A stretch of DNA of 39,785 nucleotides. Origin: Macrostomum lignano (Eukaryota). The position numbers and the translations under genes were made by a program. The stretch is from NCBI GenBank assembly GCA_002269645.1, contig NIVC01003548.1, positions 1 to 39,785 of the forward strand. The letters run 5' to 3'. The notes below the pieces were generated by a model. The model was given only the letters and a program-made list of their open reading frames with translations. It made no database searches and was not told the origin of the DNA. How positions within the stretch are numbered: position 1 is the stretch's first letter; each line of letters begins with the position of its first letter. Positions 9,526-21,462 of this stretch are shown piece by piece.

Positions 9526-9623
9526 ATGATCTGCTTCTTTTTACTCTTGTTACTGCTGGTTCATATCTGCACCATTGACTCACTGATCATTCCTTCAGAC
9601 AAGGCATCAATACTTCAAAATAG
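9526..9623 (+). CDS. Knottin gene 3, exon 1 (signal peptide + short propeptide)
   Basis: MICFFLLLLLLVHICTIDSLIIPSDKASILQN plus AG, then consensus donor GTAAGT at 9624 (phase 2). Confidence 0.85.
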
Positions 9624-9795
9624 GTAAGTGCAATTTATCATTTATAAATACAAGCTCGGCAGAGCCACGATACTTTCTTGAAGTATTTTACGATGCTGGA
9701 ACTGTGCAGAAACTGCAAAACTATAGCTATATCTTACAGTGTCCGGAGTGCCTCACGGTCTCTTGTGGTGTGCTCACTTGTGTATCGCTATCCCA

Positions 9796-10433
<638 letters not shown>

Positions 10434-10843
10434 ATCGTAATTTATACTTTACAAGCTGTTGAAAATCGCAGATTTTGAACCCCGGGAATTCCAATCCCCG
10501 GAACTACATGTATTCTGCAATCTGAGGCCATACTCAAACAAAAATTTGTTCATAGTTAGTAGGATAGAGGTAAACATAAAATGGTTATATAATTTTCTAT
10601 TAAGGTTACCAAGCCTCCATTAAAGTTTAGGTACGTAAATATTTTTTAGTTTTGAAGCTTATTGAAGTTTAGGTAGGTAAAATCAATCCCCAATAGAGAC
10701 ATAACTGTGATCCTACAAAACTAAATCGATTTTATTATCTATCTCAAGCATGGGCGCATTCGTTGTCAATGTTAAAAAAGTTAAGAAGAGTTTACTGTGG
10801 TTTAGTAGATTAAAATTTTTAAATTGCCTGGTCGACATTTCAG

Positions 10844-10979
10844 CCAACCTGTCGAAGACTGCCTTGGCAATAACTGCGGAGATTTTTATCCCACCGAGGA
10901 GGCCTGCTGCCCCGGATACCGCTGCCGGTATTTTGGTCACATTGGACCGCGCTACCGCTGCACCGTAGGCTTCTGGTGA
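10844..10979 (+). CDS. Knottin gene 3, exon 2 (ICK domain); 77-aa precursor
   Basis: Acceptor CATTTCAG ending 10843. (S)QPVEDCLGNNCGDFYPTEEACCPGYRCRYFGHIGPRYRCTVGFW-stop; spacing C-x4-C-x9-CC-x4-C-x11-C. ATTAAA at 11005-11010. Confidence 0.88.
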
Positions 10980-11307
10980 CTGATGGCTGGAGCTACATGC
11001 AGGCATTAAAATTGTATTATCAAAATGCGAAGTACGCTAAACAAGCGAATTGTGTTAAAATTCTGTTTTCGCTTCAATCTCAATACGTCCATGCTAAATT
11101 TTGCACACGGAAAACTTTAAAATGACATTCCAAAATTCATCTATACTCATTTATTTCAACCTTGAGACAATTACGAGCGTATAATTTGCTGAAATTTTTC
11201 AGCTTTGCTACGAATGTATGCTGTAAACTTCTTAGCTTTTAGTGATAAAACTACATGTACGTGTATTCCATAAAAATTATTCTACTTCCCTAACGACTAT
11301 TTCAATT

Positions 11308-12013
11308 CTCTAGAGACCATTCCACTTCTCTAGAGAATACTCCACTTCTCTCGAGATTATTCGACTTCTCTAGAGACTATTCCACTTCCCTAGAGACTAT
11401 TCGATTTCTCTAGAGACTATTCCACTTCCCTAGAGACTATTCGACTTCTCTAGAGACTATTCCACTTCCCTAGAGACTATTCGACTTCTCTAGAGACTAT
11501 TCCACTTCCCTAGAGACTATTCGACTTCTCTAGAGACTATTCGACTTCTCTAGAGACTATTCGACTTCTCTAGAGACTATTCGACTTCTCTAGAGACTAT
11601 TCCACTTCCCTAGAGACTATTCGACTTCTCTAGAGACTATTCGACTTCTCTAGAGACTATTCCACTTCCCTAGAGACTATTCGACTTCTCTAGAGACTAT
11701 TCCACTTCCCTAGAGACTATTCGACTTCTCTAGAGACTATTCGACTTCTCTAGAGACTATTCCACTTCCCTAGAGACTATTCGACTTCTCTAGAGACTAT
11801 TCCACTTCCCTAGAGACTATTCGACTTCTCTAGAGACTATTCGACTTCTGTAGAGACTATTCCACTTCCCTAGAGACTATTCGACTTCTCTAGAGACTAT
11901 TCCACTTCCCTAGAGACTATTCGACTTCTCTAGAGACTATTCGACTTCTCTAGAGACTATTCGACTTCTCTAGAGACTACTCAAATTCTCTAGAGACTAT
12001 TCCACTTCTCTAG
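11308..12013. repeat. 20-bp minisatellite, about 35 copies, two alternating variants
   Basis: CTAGAGACTATTCCACTTCC and CTAGAGACTATTCGACTTCT. Confidence 0.95.
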
Positions 12014-12759
12014 ATAAAATTTTGAGTCTTCGTTTATAAGAAGTAGCCACCAGTAAATGTATATCGACTTAGGGTCAAGCTGTCCTTCCTCAAACAGCGT
12101 ACGTGTAAATTCCAGTTGCGTTCAAAGAGCATATAGAAAATATTCCACCTTCCTATCCGAACGTACTTTTATCATTGATAGTAAAAAACGATTGGTTGGT
12201 TCCGACTCCCTATACATGTAGGGAAGTATCGCATTGCTTATTGATAGATGCCACACATACTTCTTGAGGCATGGGAATCTAGAGTGTACATGCAGACTAT
12301 CTGAGGCGTACACTTACCCGGGGTATAGTGTTCTCACTGTTGTCTACTGCAGAACAATAGTAGCACTGTATGCAGAATGATTGGTGAACGGTTTTTGAGT
12401 TGATCCTCGTGCAATGGCCCCCACGCCTAATATATTATTAATGTTAAGAGGAAGTTGAAGTAGGAATTAAACTCTTGTAGAATGATGCTGAGTAGCTGCA
12501 TGGAGCAGGCTTGAACTGCCCAAGACAAGGTTAAATACTCTTATATTACCCATTCAGCAACTTCCTTTATTCCTAAAATGTTGTTTTGAGTCATAGAGCT
12601 AGGCTTTACGGAAGTTTCGTCACTTTCCCTTTAAATAGTCTTAATTGTAGTCGCTTAAACTCTCAGGTAATTGTAGTGGATTCTTCACGTATGAGTCCAA
12701 GCTCGCGTCTTGGCCATGGATAAACAGATCCTGTTGCGACTTTTAAAGGCTTGTGTTGA

Positions 12760-12908
12760 ATCATTTTAAAGCCTCTCGCAGCCTGAAAATCATGTTTCGA
12801 ATTCCGGCCATGGAACTCATGGCTGCGGATAGATCGGAGAGTCTCGTTGTTTCTTGGAAATCTTCCGGAATCGTTTTTCGGACCACGGCTGAGGAAGCAC
12901 CGGCTACG
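12760..12908 (+). other. Candidate 5' exon (probably UTR) of the downstream coiled-coil gene
   Basis: GC-richer segment ending at a consensus donor G|GTAAGT (12909). No frame-consistent coding join to the exon at 18735/18742 was found. The start is approximate. Confidence 0.35.
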
Positions 12909-13069
12909 GTAAGTACATGTACATGACGTACGGTATGCACATTTATTTTCAATGCTAAAACTTAATGCATGTGAAGTGTCTTATAGGCTTTAGAATACAA
13001 AATGATGGCATTTGGGATGATTTGTATTGAGCAGAAAAAATATTACATAGTGGGTGATACGAGTACAAT

Positions 13070-13328
13070 TGTCGAATAGACAATAAACTAATAGAACGAG
13101 ATTTAAGTGGTGCAGAAAGGAAGAGAGGGGAAAGAAGAAGTGAAGGGCCTAAGCCGCGGGTTGAAGTTGTATTTATACTAACAATAATGAACAGGCCAGC
13201 CGAATTGTCTGTGGTAAATGAACGGTTACGATAGTCTGTGGGAAAGGCATGGTAGACAAAGGGAGACGGTTAACTGAAAAGTACAAGGTAATAGAAAGTA
13301 CAAATATTTGGAGGATGGAAATCCGACA
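13070..13328 (-). repeat. 3' LTR
   Basis: TG...CA ends; direct repeat of 15367-15625. Confidence 0.95.
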
Positions 13329-13445
13329 GGCTCGGGGGGCCAACAGGTAACGATGGATAGAGTCGATTTTGAACGGCAAAAACAGTAGAATGATTAAATA
13401 GCGAGTATTTGCGCATTGAGTTTAGTTCGTGGATGCGGCAAATGT

Positions 13446-15341
13446 TTAGTCAGGTGTAACAATGATGCCGGGTCGGAAGCCGAGTCGGCAGGCGGGTCGG
13501 CAGGCGGGGCGGCAGACGGGCCGGCAGGCGGGCCGGCAACGTCGATGTCGCACTGGAGGGGTGCGAGGTGTCTTGCGGACCGTCGGTCGTTGTGGCCAGA
13601 TACAGCGCAGATGGTCACGTACATGTAGCCGGCGAAACCTGTTGGCTCTGGGTGCAGCTACAGAATCCGGCACGCTTTCGATGATGACAGGGAATTGCGG
13701 TTGGATGTGAAGGATTTGTCTATTGTCTCGCCCGAGGTCGACTCGCTCTAAGACGCCTTCGACTTTTCGCTTTTTGAACTCGGCGTAGTTGGTCTCTCGC
13801 TCTGGGAGGTTCAGGCCCCGATGCGTGGCCTGCGCCGGTCTTAAGGCTTGTCCGAAGTTGGATGGGAGCAGTTCAGCGCCGGTTTTGAATGGCAAGTCGA
13901 CCGAGATTCGACCGCGCGTGATGGAGTCGAGCAGGCGCTCCTGGGGTCTGTCGTTCCTGGGGTCAGGCCTTTCAGCATCCTTTGCTGTGCCGAGAGCTTT
14001 GAGGTTAGACATGCGTTGGTCGAGGTGAAGCCTATCGTTGTTGAGGAAAGTGTTTGCAATGACCACTTGCGAGGAGCCGAGGAAGCCGTTGAGACGAGAG
14101 GCTGTGGTGTCGAGGGAGCCGTCCAGGATGGCCCCGAAGGGTGTCGGGCAGGCTGTGAGAGTCGGTCGAAGCGCTTGGGCGGGTACGTTAGGGCTGATAG
14201 GCTGACTGGCGTCGCTGCAGGGACAAGAACTCTTGGGCTCTTGGCTGGCAGTGGAACTTAACTTCGCGGCTGGGCGAGATTTAATGTCGGCGCAAGGAGC
14301 GGGGTCAGGTCGATAGGCGTCCGACGATAAGCGATTGCCGGTGCTGCGGGCTTGTGGCGGCTGGGAACTGGCGTTGCCCAGAAGGATGGCGGAAGCGAAG
14401 GTCGCAGCCGGAGGGGTAGCGGAAGCGGCTCTGAGCGTCTTCAGCTTGTAATCGAGGTGGCACTGGAGCTGTGTCATAGTTGGCATGAGAGGCTGCCCGT
14501 TGGCAGCACGAAGGTTGCGGATCTCGCTCTGCAGCTCGATCGGGAGGCGGCTCCACAGGGCGTAGACGTAGCCGTCCATGGTGCTGGCGGGCTCGCCAAG
14601 GCGGAGGAGCTGGCCGGTAGCGAGTCGGAGGGCGTCGGTGTAGGTCTCGAGCTCGTCTATGTCGGAGGCAGAGTTGCAGTGAAGGGCGAGGAGACGCTGG
14701 AAGGAGGCGTTCTTTTGCTCCCGTGTGTCGGTGTAGTTGGCCTGGAGGACACGGCAGGCCTCGGCGTAGGCGTTGGGTTGGTAGGCATTGAGGGCACCGA
14801 GCTTCTTGAGAGCGGAGCCGGAGAGCAGACTGCGAAGCGCCTCGAATTTGTCGACGTCGTTGAGGCTGGAGCGGTCAACGCGGTAGACGAAGGCGTCCCA
14901 GAAGCCCGGAAATGCAGCAGGGTCCGTACCGTCGAAGGTCGGGAGATGTACGTTCTTGTGAATGGTGGAGCGGACGAGCCCGGCCGGATCGTGAGCATCT
15001 GATGCGGGTGTTGAAGCAGTTGGTGTTGAGGCTGGACGGACGGTGGCGGCGAGCTGCTGAATGAGCTGCTGGTTCTGCTGCATCATCGCGGTCATTGAGG
15101 CGATGAGGGCGTTTACGTCGACGGAGGCAGCGGGAGCTGTTGCAGGGATCGCAGTTGTGGAAGTAGCAGCGAGAGGAGCAGTAGATGTCGTGGCGGATGA
15201 AGCAGCTGGCGGCGGGTCACTGGCTTCGATGGGCGGCTGCTCCGCGGCAGTGATCGCTTCAGTAGAGACTGAGAGGTGGTCGTTCTGGGACTGCTGGGTC
15301 TGGTCGCCAGATTGGTCAGTTGTCGATCGTGTGATGACCAT
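13446..15341 (-). CDS. BEL/Pao Gag (DUF1759) fused to residual pol fragments, about 631 aa
   Basis: LPTFDGTDPAAFPGFWDAF...LNDVDKFEALRSLLSG.A is a Pao-type Gag core. GRISVDLPFK...LPSNFGQALR and QFPVIIES are pre-RT/early-RT remnants. No CCHC knuckle, protease motif, RT core, RNase H or integrase. Probable ATG at 15341 (MVITRS). Confidence 0.85.
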   Translation of the reverse strand: MVITRSTTDQSGDQTQQSQNDHLSVSTEAITAAEQPPIEASDPPPAASSATTSTAPLAATSTTAIPATAPAASVDVNALIASMTAMMQQNQQLIQQLAATVRPASTPTASTPASDAHDPAGLVRSTIHKNVHLPTFDGTDPAAFPGFWDAFVYRVDRSSLNDVDKFEALRSLLSGSALKKLGALNAYQPNAYAEACRVLQANYTDTREQKNASFQRLLALHCNSASDIDELETYTDALRLATGQLLRLGEPASTMDGYVYALWSRLPIELQSEIRNLRAANGQPLMPTMTQLQCHLDYKLKTLRAASATPPAATFASAILLGNASSQPPQARSTGNRLSSDAYRPDPAPCADIKSRPAAKLSSTASQEPKSSCPCSDASQPISPNVPAQALRPTLTACPTPFGAILDGSLDTTASRLNGFLGSSQVVIANTFLNNDRLHLDQRMSNLKALGTAKDAERPDPRNDRPQERLLDSITRGRISVDLPFKTGAELLPSNFGQALRPAQATHRGLNLPERETNYAEFKKRKVEGVLERVDLGRDNRQILHIQPQFPVIIESVPDSVAAPRANRFRRLHVRDHLRCIWPQRPTVRKTPRTPPVRHRRCRPACRPVCRPACRPACRLGFRPGIIVTPD

Positions 15342-15344
15342 GGT

Positions 15345-15362
15345 AACCACGCTCTGCTACCA
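15345..15362 (-). promoter_or_regulatory. Primer-binding site complementary to the tRNA-iMet 3' end
   Basis: Minus strand TGGTAGCAGAGCGTGGTT, 4 nt inside the 5' LTR. The plus strand reads AACCACGCTCTGCTACCA, like a metazoan initiator tRNA 3' end. Confidence 0.8.
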
Positions 15363-15366
15363 AAAT

Positions 15367-15625
15367 TGTCGAATAGACAATAAACTAATAGAACGAGATT
15401 TAAGTGGTGCAGAAAGGAAGAGAGGGGAAAGAAGAAGTGAAGGGCCTAAGCCGCGGGTTGAAGTTGTATTTATACTAACAATAATGAACAGGCCAGCCGA
15501 ATTGTCTGTGGTAAATGAACGGTTACGATAGTCTGTGGGAAAGGCATGGTAGACAAAGGGAGACGGTTAACTGAAAAATACAAGGTCATAGAAAGTACAA
15601 ATATTTGGAGGATGGAAATCCGACA
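15367..15625 (-). repeat. 5' LTR
   Basis: Direct repeat of 13070-13328, 257/259 identical. Confidence 0.95.
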
Positions 15626-18229
15626 ACAATTGTTGAATTTTCCTTTGTTAAAATGTGCACACAAGGACCACTAGCTGCATAGATACTATAAATATATGTA
15701 TATATATATCTAAATTTACTAAATCTCTAAGGTTTAATTGTATGTTTGCTTGGTTGTCCATAATGCTCTAGAGCTCTAGAGTACGTACTGCTATTTTAGT
15801 CCTGTGTGCATGTTAGGTATAAAATTGAATCGCAAAATATACCTATATTCGATAACTTCGAAAACATCTTATGTATCCACGCTATCCTCACCGCATTCCA
15901 GGTATGCCGGCTATGCGGAGGTAAGAATTTCTGTACGTAAGTTGCATACGCAACTCTGTATATACTGTATGAAAGGATCATTGTTTTTTATCAATTTGGA
16001 TAAATTACGAGCTAGTTTATTTTGATGTTTTATTACAAGATTGTTCTATAGCTATTTTTGTTTGACGCAAAACAATACTAACAAGCAAAGACTTTAATTC
16101 ATTGGACGTTAAGAAATGCATACAGTACGCATAAAGGAACGCAATTGTGAAATTGATTCCATCCTGAAAAAATATATTATATCTTAGCGCATCTAGACTA
16201 TTCATAAATATTCTAATTTATTAAAGTTTTCATAAACATGTTCTGGACTGATTTACATGTAGAACTGAACGTAGATCATCAAAAATAGGATTAGTTCCAT
16301 CAAGAAATCAAACCTTTGATTCAAGTAAAAAAGGTCACTGAAAAGTAACAGCAATGTTTAACCAAGAAACACTGTTAGTATAACAAGAACGCAAAACTCA
16401 GAGTAATTTTACGGAGGCTGATTTCGAGGAAAAATACACCACTGAAGAGATAAAAAAATCATTCTTTATAACAAAGTCAATGATTGCATTTGATAAAAGG
16501 CACTGAAGATGAAGAATATTCCTTTAATATATCATAGGCACGGCATGGTACTCTGTAGTATTTTATACAGTTGTGCAGTGAAATTTCCATTTTCAGATAT
16601 TGTTTTCTTTAAATTTCAAGCCCAAACCAAAGTTTTACTTTACAAAGATACATAGAGGATATGCTAATACAAATAGTAAAAATACTCGACTCAAGAAGAA
16701 ATAAAATGATAATTTCAATGGTGAGTATTTTAATTTACAACAAATAACTTAGGCTGATAAAATAAAAAGAAAACAATATACATGTAAAATGAAGCATTCA
16801 CTGCCCTAAAATACAACAGAGTAACGTATGTTGTGCATGCTATATTACTTAAATAAAATTTTGGGTCTAAAAACTTGAGAAGTTTGTCTTCTATCTCGAA
16901 TCGAACTATACATTTACAATTATTCCAAAAAGAATGCTTTCTACCGGGTTCTAGCAATTTAACGGGTTTAAATTCACGTTATTTTCGTGCGAGTGTTCGC
17001 ATTTAAATTTCATTTTTCTAAGAAGGAAAAATACCGGAACGAATGACTAACCCCTGGGCCCCGGGTTTGAATCAGAGAATTATGTAAAAATCTTAGTTTT
17101 TAAAAGTGATATTCAAAAGTCTATTACAATTTTTTGACCAAGGGGTTGTCATATTGAGACTTTTTGCTATGTGCTATGCTATTTGACTGACATTTATGCC
17201 GCTGATGAAATGACTATGTATCCAAAAGTCATACTGCATCTTAATAAATTATAAATGGCGAATGGGCGTAGGGTTAGAGGTTAGGCTAGAGAGAATTTTA
17301 GTGGTTTTATCTATTATCTAACCTTAGATTAAAAATGGCTAATGTCATGGTTTAATTTGAGCATTAACTTTGAAACTATGTACTACTACTAGATCTATAT
17401 GCTTGCTAGTGGTGTATTTATTTATAATTTATGCCTTAGCATATCAGTTGAGTATAATTAAGACAAAGTGTTGTTGAGTTTTAAGTGTTTCATTGAATGA
17501 CTGTTTTTATGGTGTATATAACTTGAAAGAGGGTACTGCATATATATATATATATATAGAAATGCAGTGTCAGACAACATTGTAATGATAAGAATTATAT
17601 TTTTTAATAAGTCCTGTATGACATATGTAAGATTTTATTTAGTTATTTTATTTTTATAAAACTATAAATTTTTTAGTTTATTAATAAATTTATTTGTACA
17701 ATAATCTTAATAGTAAGCTTAGTAACCTTAAGTATAATCTAAAACATTTGAAGTTTACTGCTCAATTATTTAACTTAAAGATAAAATAAATTAGTTTATT
17801 CATTAAAAGATTTGCTTTCAGTTTTTTATATCAATACCATGGTATTTTTAGATTTTTTATTTTCTAATTTCTACCTTATTAGGAATTAAGCTTTTCTGTA
17901 AATCTGAAATGTCTTATTAATGTTAATAATAGCAAATATTATAAAAAGTCATTTGTGAAAAAAGGGTAATAAAACATGGATTGTTAGAGCCACTATTACA
18001 ACATAGGTATTATTGGTATACAAAAGATGATATCTTAGTAGTGCCAGTATTTAATGCTTTTTAACTTAAATATACCATTAATATAAAAAGAAAATTATCC
18101 TTTGATATCATTGGTAGTACTATTCAATGCATATAATTTTTTTAATATATAGAAAAACTATATAAACTTTTTTGAAAAGAATTATGCATTATAAAGTTTA
18201 TTTTTTGTATTTTTTATCATGCTTGGGCG

Positions 18230-18379
18230 CAACCTAGGGATTCACCCGGCCGTTTCTATTGGCAACACACACATGTAAGTCGCTATTGGATGGAATAGTA
18301 GTCACGTGACTGTTCTCAGCCAATAGCGACTTACATGTGTGTGTTGCCAATAGAAACGGCTGAGTGATTCCCAAGGTTG
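18230..18379. mobile_element. Palindromic MITE-like element
   Basis: Inverted arms of about 60 bp around a central AGTCACGTGACT palindrome. No clear TSD. Confidence 0.7.
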
Positions 18380-18919
18380 TGCATGTATGTTTTTTATGCT
18401 AATACTAGCCATTAAAATAGAAGTCAAGATTAGGTTAATTAATAAAAAACAAAAGTAGAAATATATTAAACTTAAATATTTAGTTATTAAAAATTATATA
18501 TTACATAATTTAATACATTAGTAAAGCCAACAGCTATCTTTTTGCAAATTAATATAATCCAATATTAAATCAAAATATACCAGGTTGACAAGGCTAAATC
18601 CTAATCTTAGGTTTATGGTTCTATGAAAAGTGTTTAGTATATTGAAATTTTGGGATAGCAAAATTTAAATAACAATTTGCTTAAGTCTAGGTACTTATAC
18701 ATTTTTTTAACAAATAAGCTATTCTTATCTATAGTCCACAGATCTTGCTATCGAGCCCAGTGCCTATGCTCGGACAGTGCCAGCTGTGCCCAGGACGAAA
18801 CAGAAGCTAATCTAGCTTCATCAGCATCAGCTGCAGCAGCAGCCACTGGTGCCAGCAGTCACACAGCCCAGTCTGCCGCCAGCCATTTTCCATCTGGGTG
18901 GCAACCTCAGCATCGCCGC

Positions 18920-19184
18920 ATGGCCTCCTCAACTTCCAGCACAGCGTGGCGCCTTGGCGAGCAGGTTGCCATTGGCAACAGGCGCCTGCTGGAACAGGTG
19001 CTCGAAGAATGGGATAAAAGATACGCTGATCAGCTGCTCAGCTTGCAGCAGCGGGAGATGAGGCCCCATTCGGATGAGGCTGGCAATGGCCACGCTGCTG
19101 ATGCCGGTGGAGTCGGGGACAGCATGGACTCTGAGGACTTCTCCTTTCAGCTGGAGACTTGCGAGACCTGCCGGAATTGCTGCT
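18920..19184 (+). CDS. Coiled-coil protein gene, first coding exon (start tentative; frame open from at least 18735)
   Basis: MASSTSSTAWRLGEQ...ETCRNCC, donor GTGAGT at 19185 (phase 1). Confidence 0.65.
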
Positions 19185-19211
19185 GTGAGTGGGTATTGGC
19201 TGCCTCACGCT

Positions 19212-19841
19212 GGCCAGCCTCCCAGATCCTCAGTTGCTGGGTCACCAGCCTCCCAGATCCTCAGTTGCTGGGCCAGCCTCCCAGATCCTCAGTTGCTGGA
19301 CCAGCCTCCCAGATCCTCAGTTGCTGGGCCAGCCTCCCAGATCGTCAGTTGCTGGCTCACCAGCCTCCCAGATCCTCAGTTGCTGGGTCACCAGCCTCCC
19401 AGATCCTCAGTTGCTGGGTCACCAGCCTCCCAGATCCTCAGTTGCTGGGCCAGCCTCCCAGATCCTCAGTTGCTGGGCCAGCCTCCCAGATCCTCAGTTG
19501 CTGGGCCAGCATCCCAGATCCTCAGTTGCTGGGCCAGCCTCTCAGATTCTCAGTTGCTGGGCGGCCTGGGCCTGCCTCCCAGATCCTCAGTTGCTGGGCC
19601 AGCCTCCCAGATCCTCAGTTGCTGGGCCAGCCTCCCAGATCCTCAGTTGCTGGGCCAGCCTCCCAGATCCTCAGTTGCTGGGCCAGCCTCTCAGATCCTC
19701 AGTTGCTGGGCCAGCCTCCCAGATCCTCAGTTGCTGGGCCAGCCTCTCAGATCCTCAGTTGCTGGGCCAGCCTCCCAGATCCTCAGTTGCTGGGCCAGCC
19801 TACCAGATCCTCAGTTGCTGGGCCAGCCTCTCAGATCCTCA
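19212..19841. repeat. 28-bp intronic minisatellite
   Basis: CCAGCCTCCCAGATCCTCAGTTGCTGGG, with +TCA variants. Confidence 0.95.
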
Positions 19842-19896
19842 ATCTAGAGATATAATCTTGTCCATACAAGTTCCTAGATTTGGATGCTTTATTCAG

Positions 19897-20122
19897 CGGT
19901 GACAAATCATGTAAATTCCATTTCAGTGGACCGATTTCTGCAACAGATGCGTGAAATTGAGGCCCGCTCGCTAACCAAACTCCAATCGGTGGGCCAGTTA
20001 GTTCGCGAGCTGGAAGACTTCGAGGGCACCACGCGGTGGCAAGAGCAGATGCGAGATCTCGAGTTTGAGAAGAGTAGATTAGAGGAGAAAACCAGAGTGC
20101 TTGAGTTGCAGCAACAGTCTAG
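19897..20122 (+). CDS. Coiled-coil protein gene, exon 2
   Basis: Acceptor TTATTCAG ending 19896; VTNHVNSISVDRFLQQMREIE...QQQS; donor GTAAGT at 20123 (phase 2). Confidence 0.8.
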
Positions 20123-20384
20123 GTAAGTTGCTGGACGAGTATTCGAGCCTACGTAAATTTTCTTCAAGCAGGTGTGTTCTTAAACAGCTAGGGCTTGCTC
20201 GTCTAGGTTTTTAAGTAGTTTCTTTTCTGCAATGTCATAGGACTATTTTCAAAGGTCATTTAAACTTTTGAAGGTCATTTAGGTTTTTCAAGGTTGTCTA
20301 TATTACTAAGCGGGTTTTATTGATGTCGCTTTTTGGCTTTCTTTCATGGTTATCTAGGTTTCTAAACTGTCGATATAAAGGCCA

Positions 20385-21347
20385 TCTAGGTTGTTGATCA
20401 GGTTACTTCAACGTAACCTTAGGTTGCTAAGATCCTTGTTTCAAGGTCAGCTAGGTTGTTAAGCAACTTGTTTCAAGGTCAGCTATAGGTTGTTAAGCAA
20501 CTTGTTTCAAGGTCAGCTATAGGTTGTTAAGCAACTTGTTTCAAGGTCAGCTAGCTAGGTTGCTAAGATCGTTGTTTGAAGGTCAGCTAGGTTGTTAAGC
20601 ACCTTTCCAGGTCATCTAGGTTGTTAAGCAACTTGTTTCAAGGTCAGCTATAGGTTGTTAAGCAACTTGTTTCAAGGTCAGCTAGGCTGCTAAAATCCTT
20701 GTTTCAAGGTCAGCTAGCTAGGTTGCTAAGATCGTTGTTTCAAGGTCAGCTAGCTAGGTTTCTAAGATCGTTGTTTCAAGGTCAGCTAGCTAGGTTTCTA
20801 AGATCGTTGTTTCAAGGTCAGCTAACTAGGTTTCTAAGATCTTTGTTTCAAGGTCAGCTAGGTTGTTAAACAACTTGTTTCAAGGTCAGCTATAGGTTGT
20901 TAAGCAACTTGTTTCAAGGTCAGCTAGGCTGCTAAAATTCTTGTTTCAAGGTCAGCTAGCTAGGTTGCTAAGCTCGTTGTTTCAAGGTCAGCTAGCTAGG
21001 TTGCTAAGATCGTTGTTTCAAGGTCAGCTAGCTAGGTTGCTAAGATCGTTGTTTTAAGGTCAGCTAGGTTGTTAAGCAACTTGTTTCAAGGTCAGCTAGG
21101 TTGTTAAGATCCTTGTTTCAAGGTCAGCTAGGTTGCTAAGATCCTTGTTTCAAGGTCAGCTAGGTTGCTAAGCACCTTCTTTCAATGTCAGCTAGATTTC
21201 TAAGATCGTTGTTTCAAGGTCAGCTAGGTTGCTAAGCAACTTGTTTGAAGGTCAGCTAGGTTGTTAAGCACCTTCTTTTAAGGTCAGCTAGGTTGTTAAG
21301 CACCTTTTAAGGTTGGCTAGGTTGCTAAGCAACTTGTTTCAAGGTCA
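20385..21347. repeat. 32-36-bp intronic minisatellite
   Basis: CAAGGTCAGCTAGGTTGTTAAGCAACTTGTTT and variants. Confidence 0.95.
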
Positions 21348-21462
21348 CCTTGGTACTAAATAGTTTAAAAGAACTTTTTAAAGTCATTTCTGACGCCAAG
21401 CAGGCTGTTTACTCTTCTTGTGTAGTCAACTACACCGCTTTGATATGCCACGCTCCATCCAG

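Larger units (their letters stand above)
13070..15625 (-). mobile_element. BEL/Pao LTR retrotransposon, internally deleted, recent
   Basis: 259-bp LTRs (TGTCG...CGACA) differing at 2 positions, 5-bp TSD ACAAT (13065-13069, 15626-15630), DUF1759-type Gag. Confidence 0.95.

Noticed and set aside
14352-15002. 216-aa plus-strand ORF and other short ORFs in the LTR element
   Set aside because: They are antisense shadows of the GC-rich gag.
18677-19902. Long ORFs with PQLLGQPPRSSVAG repeats
   Set aside because: A real exon ends at the 19185 donor; the rest is an intronic 28-bp minisatellite.
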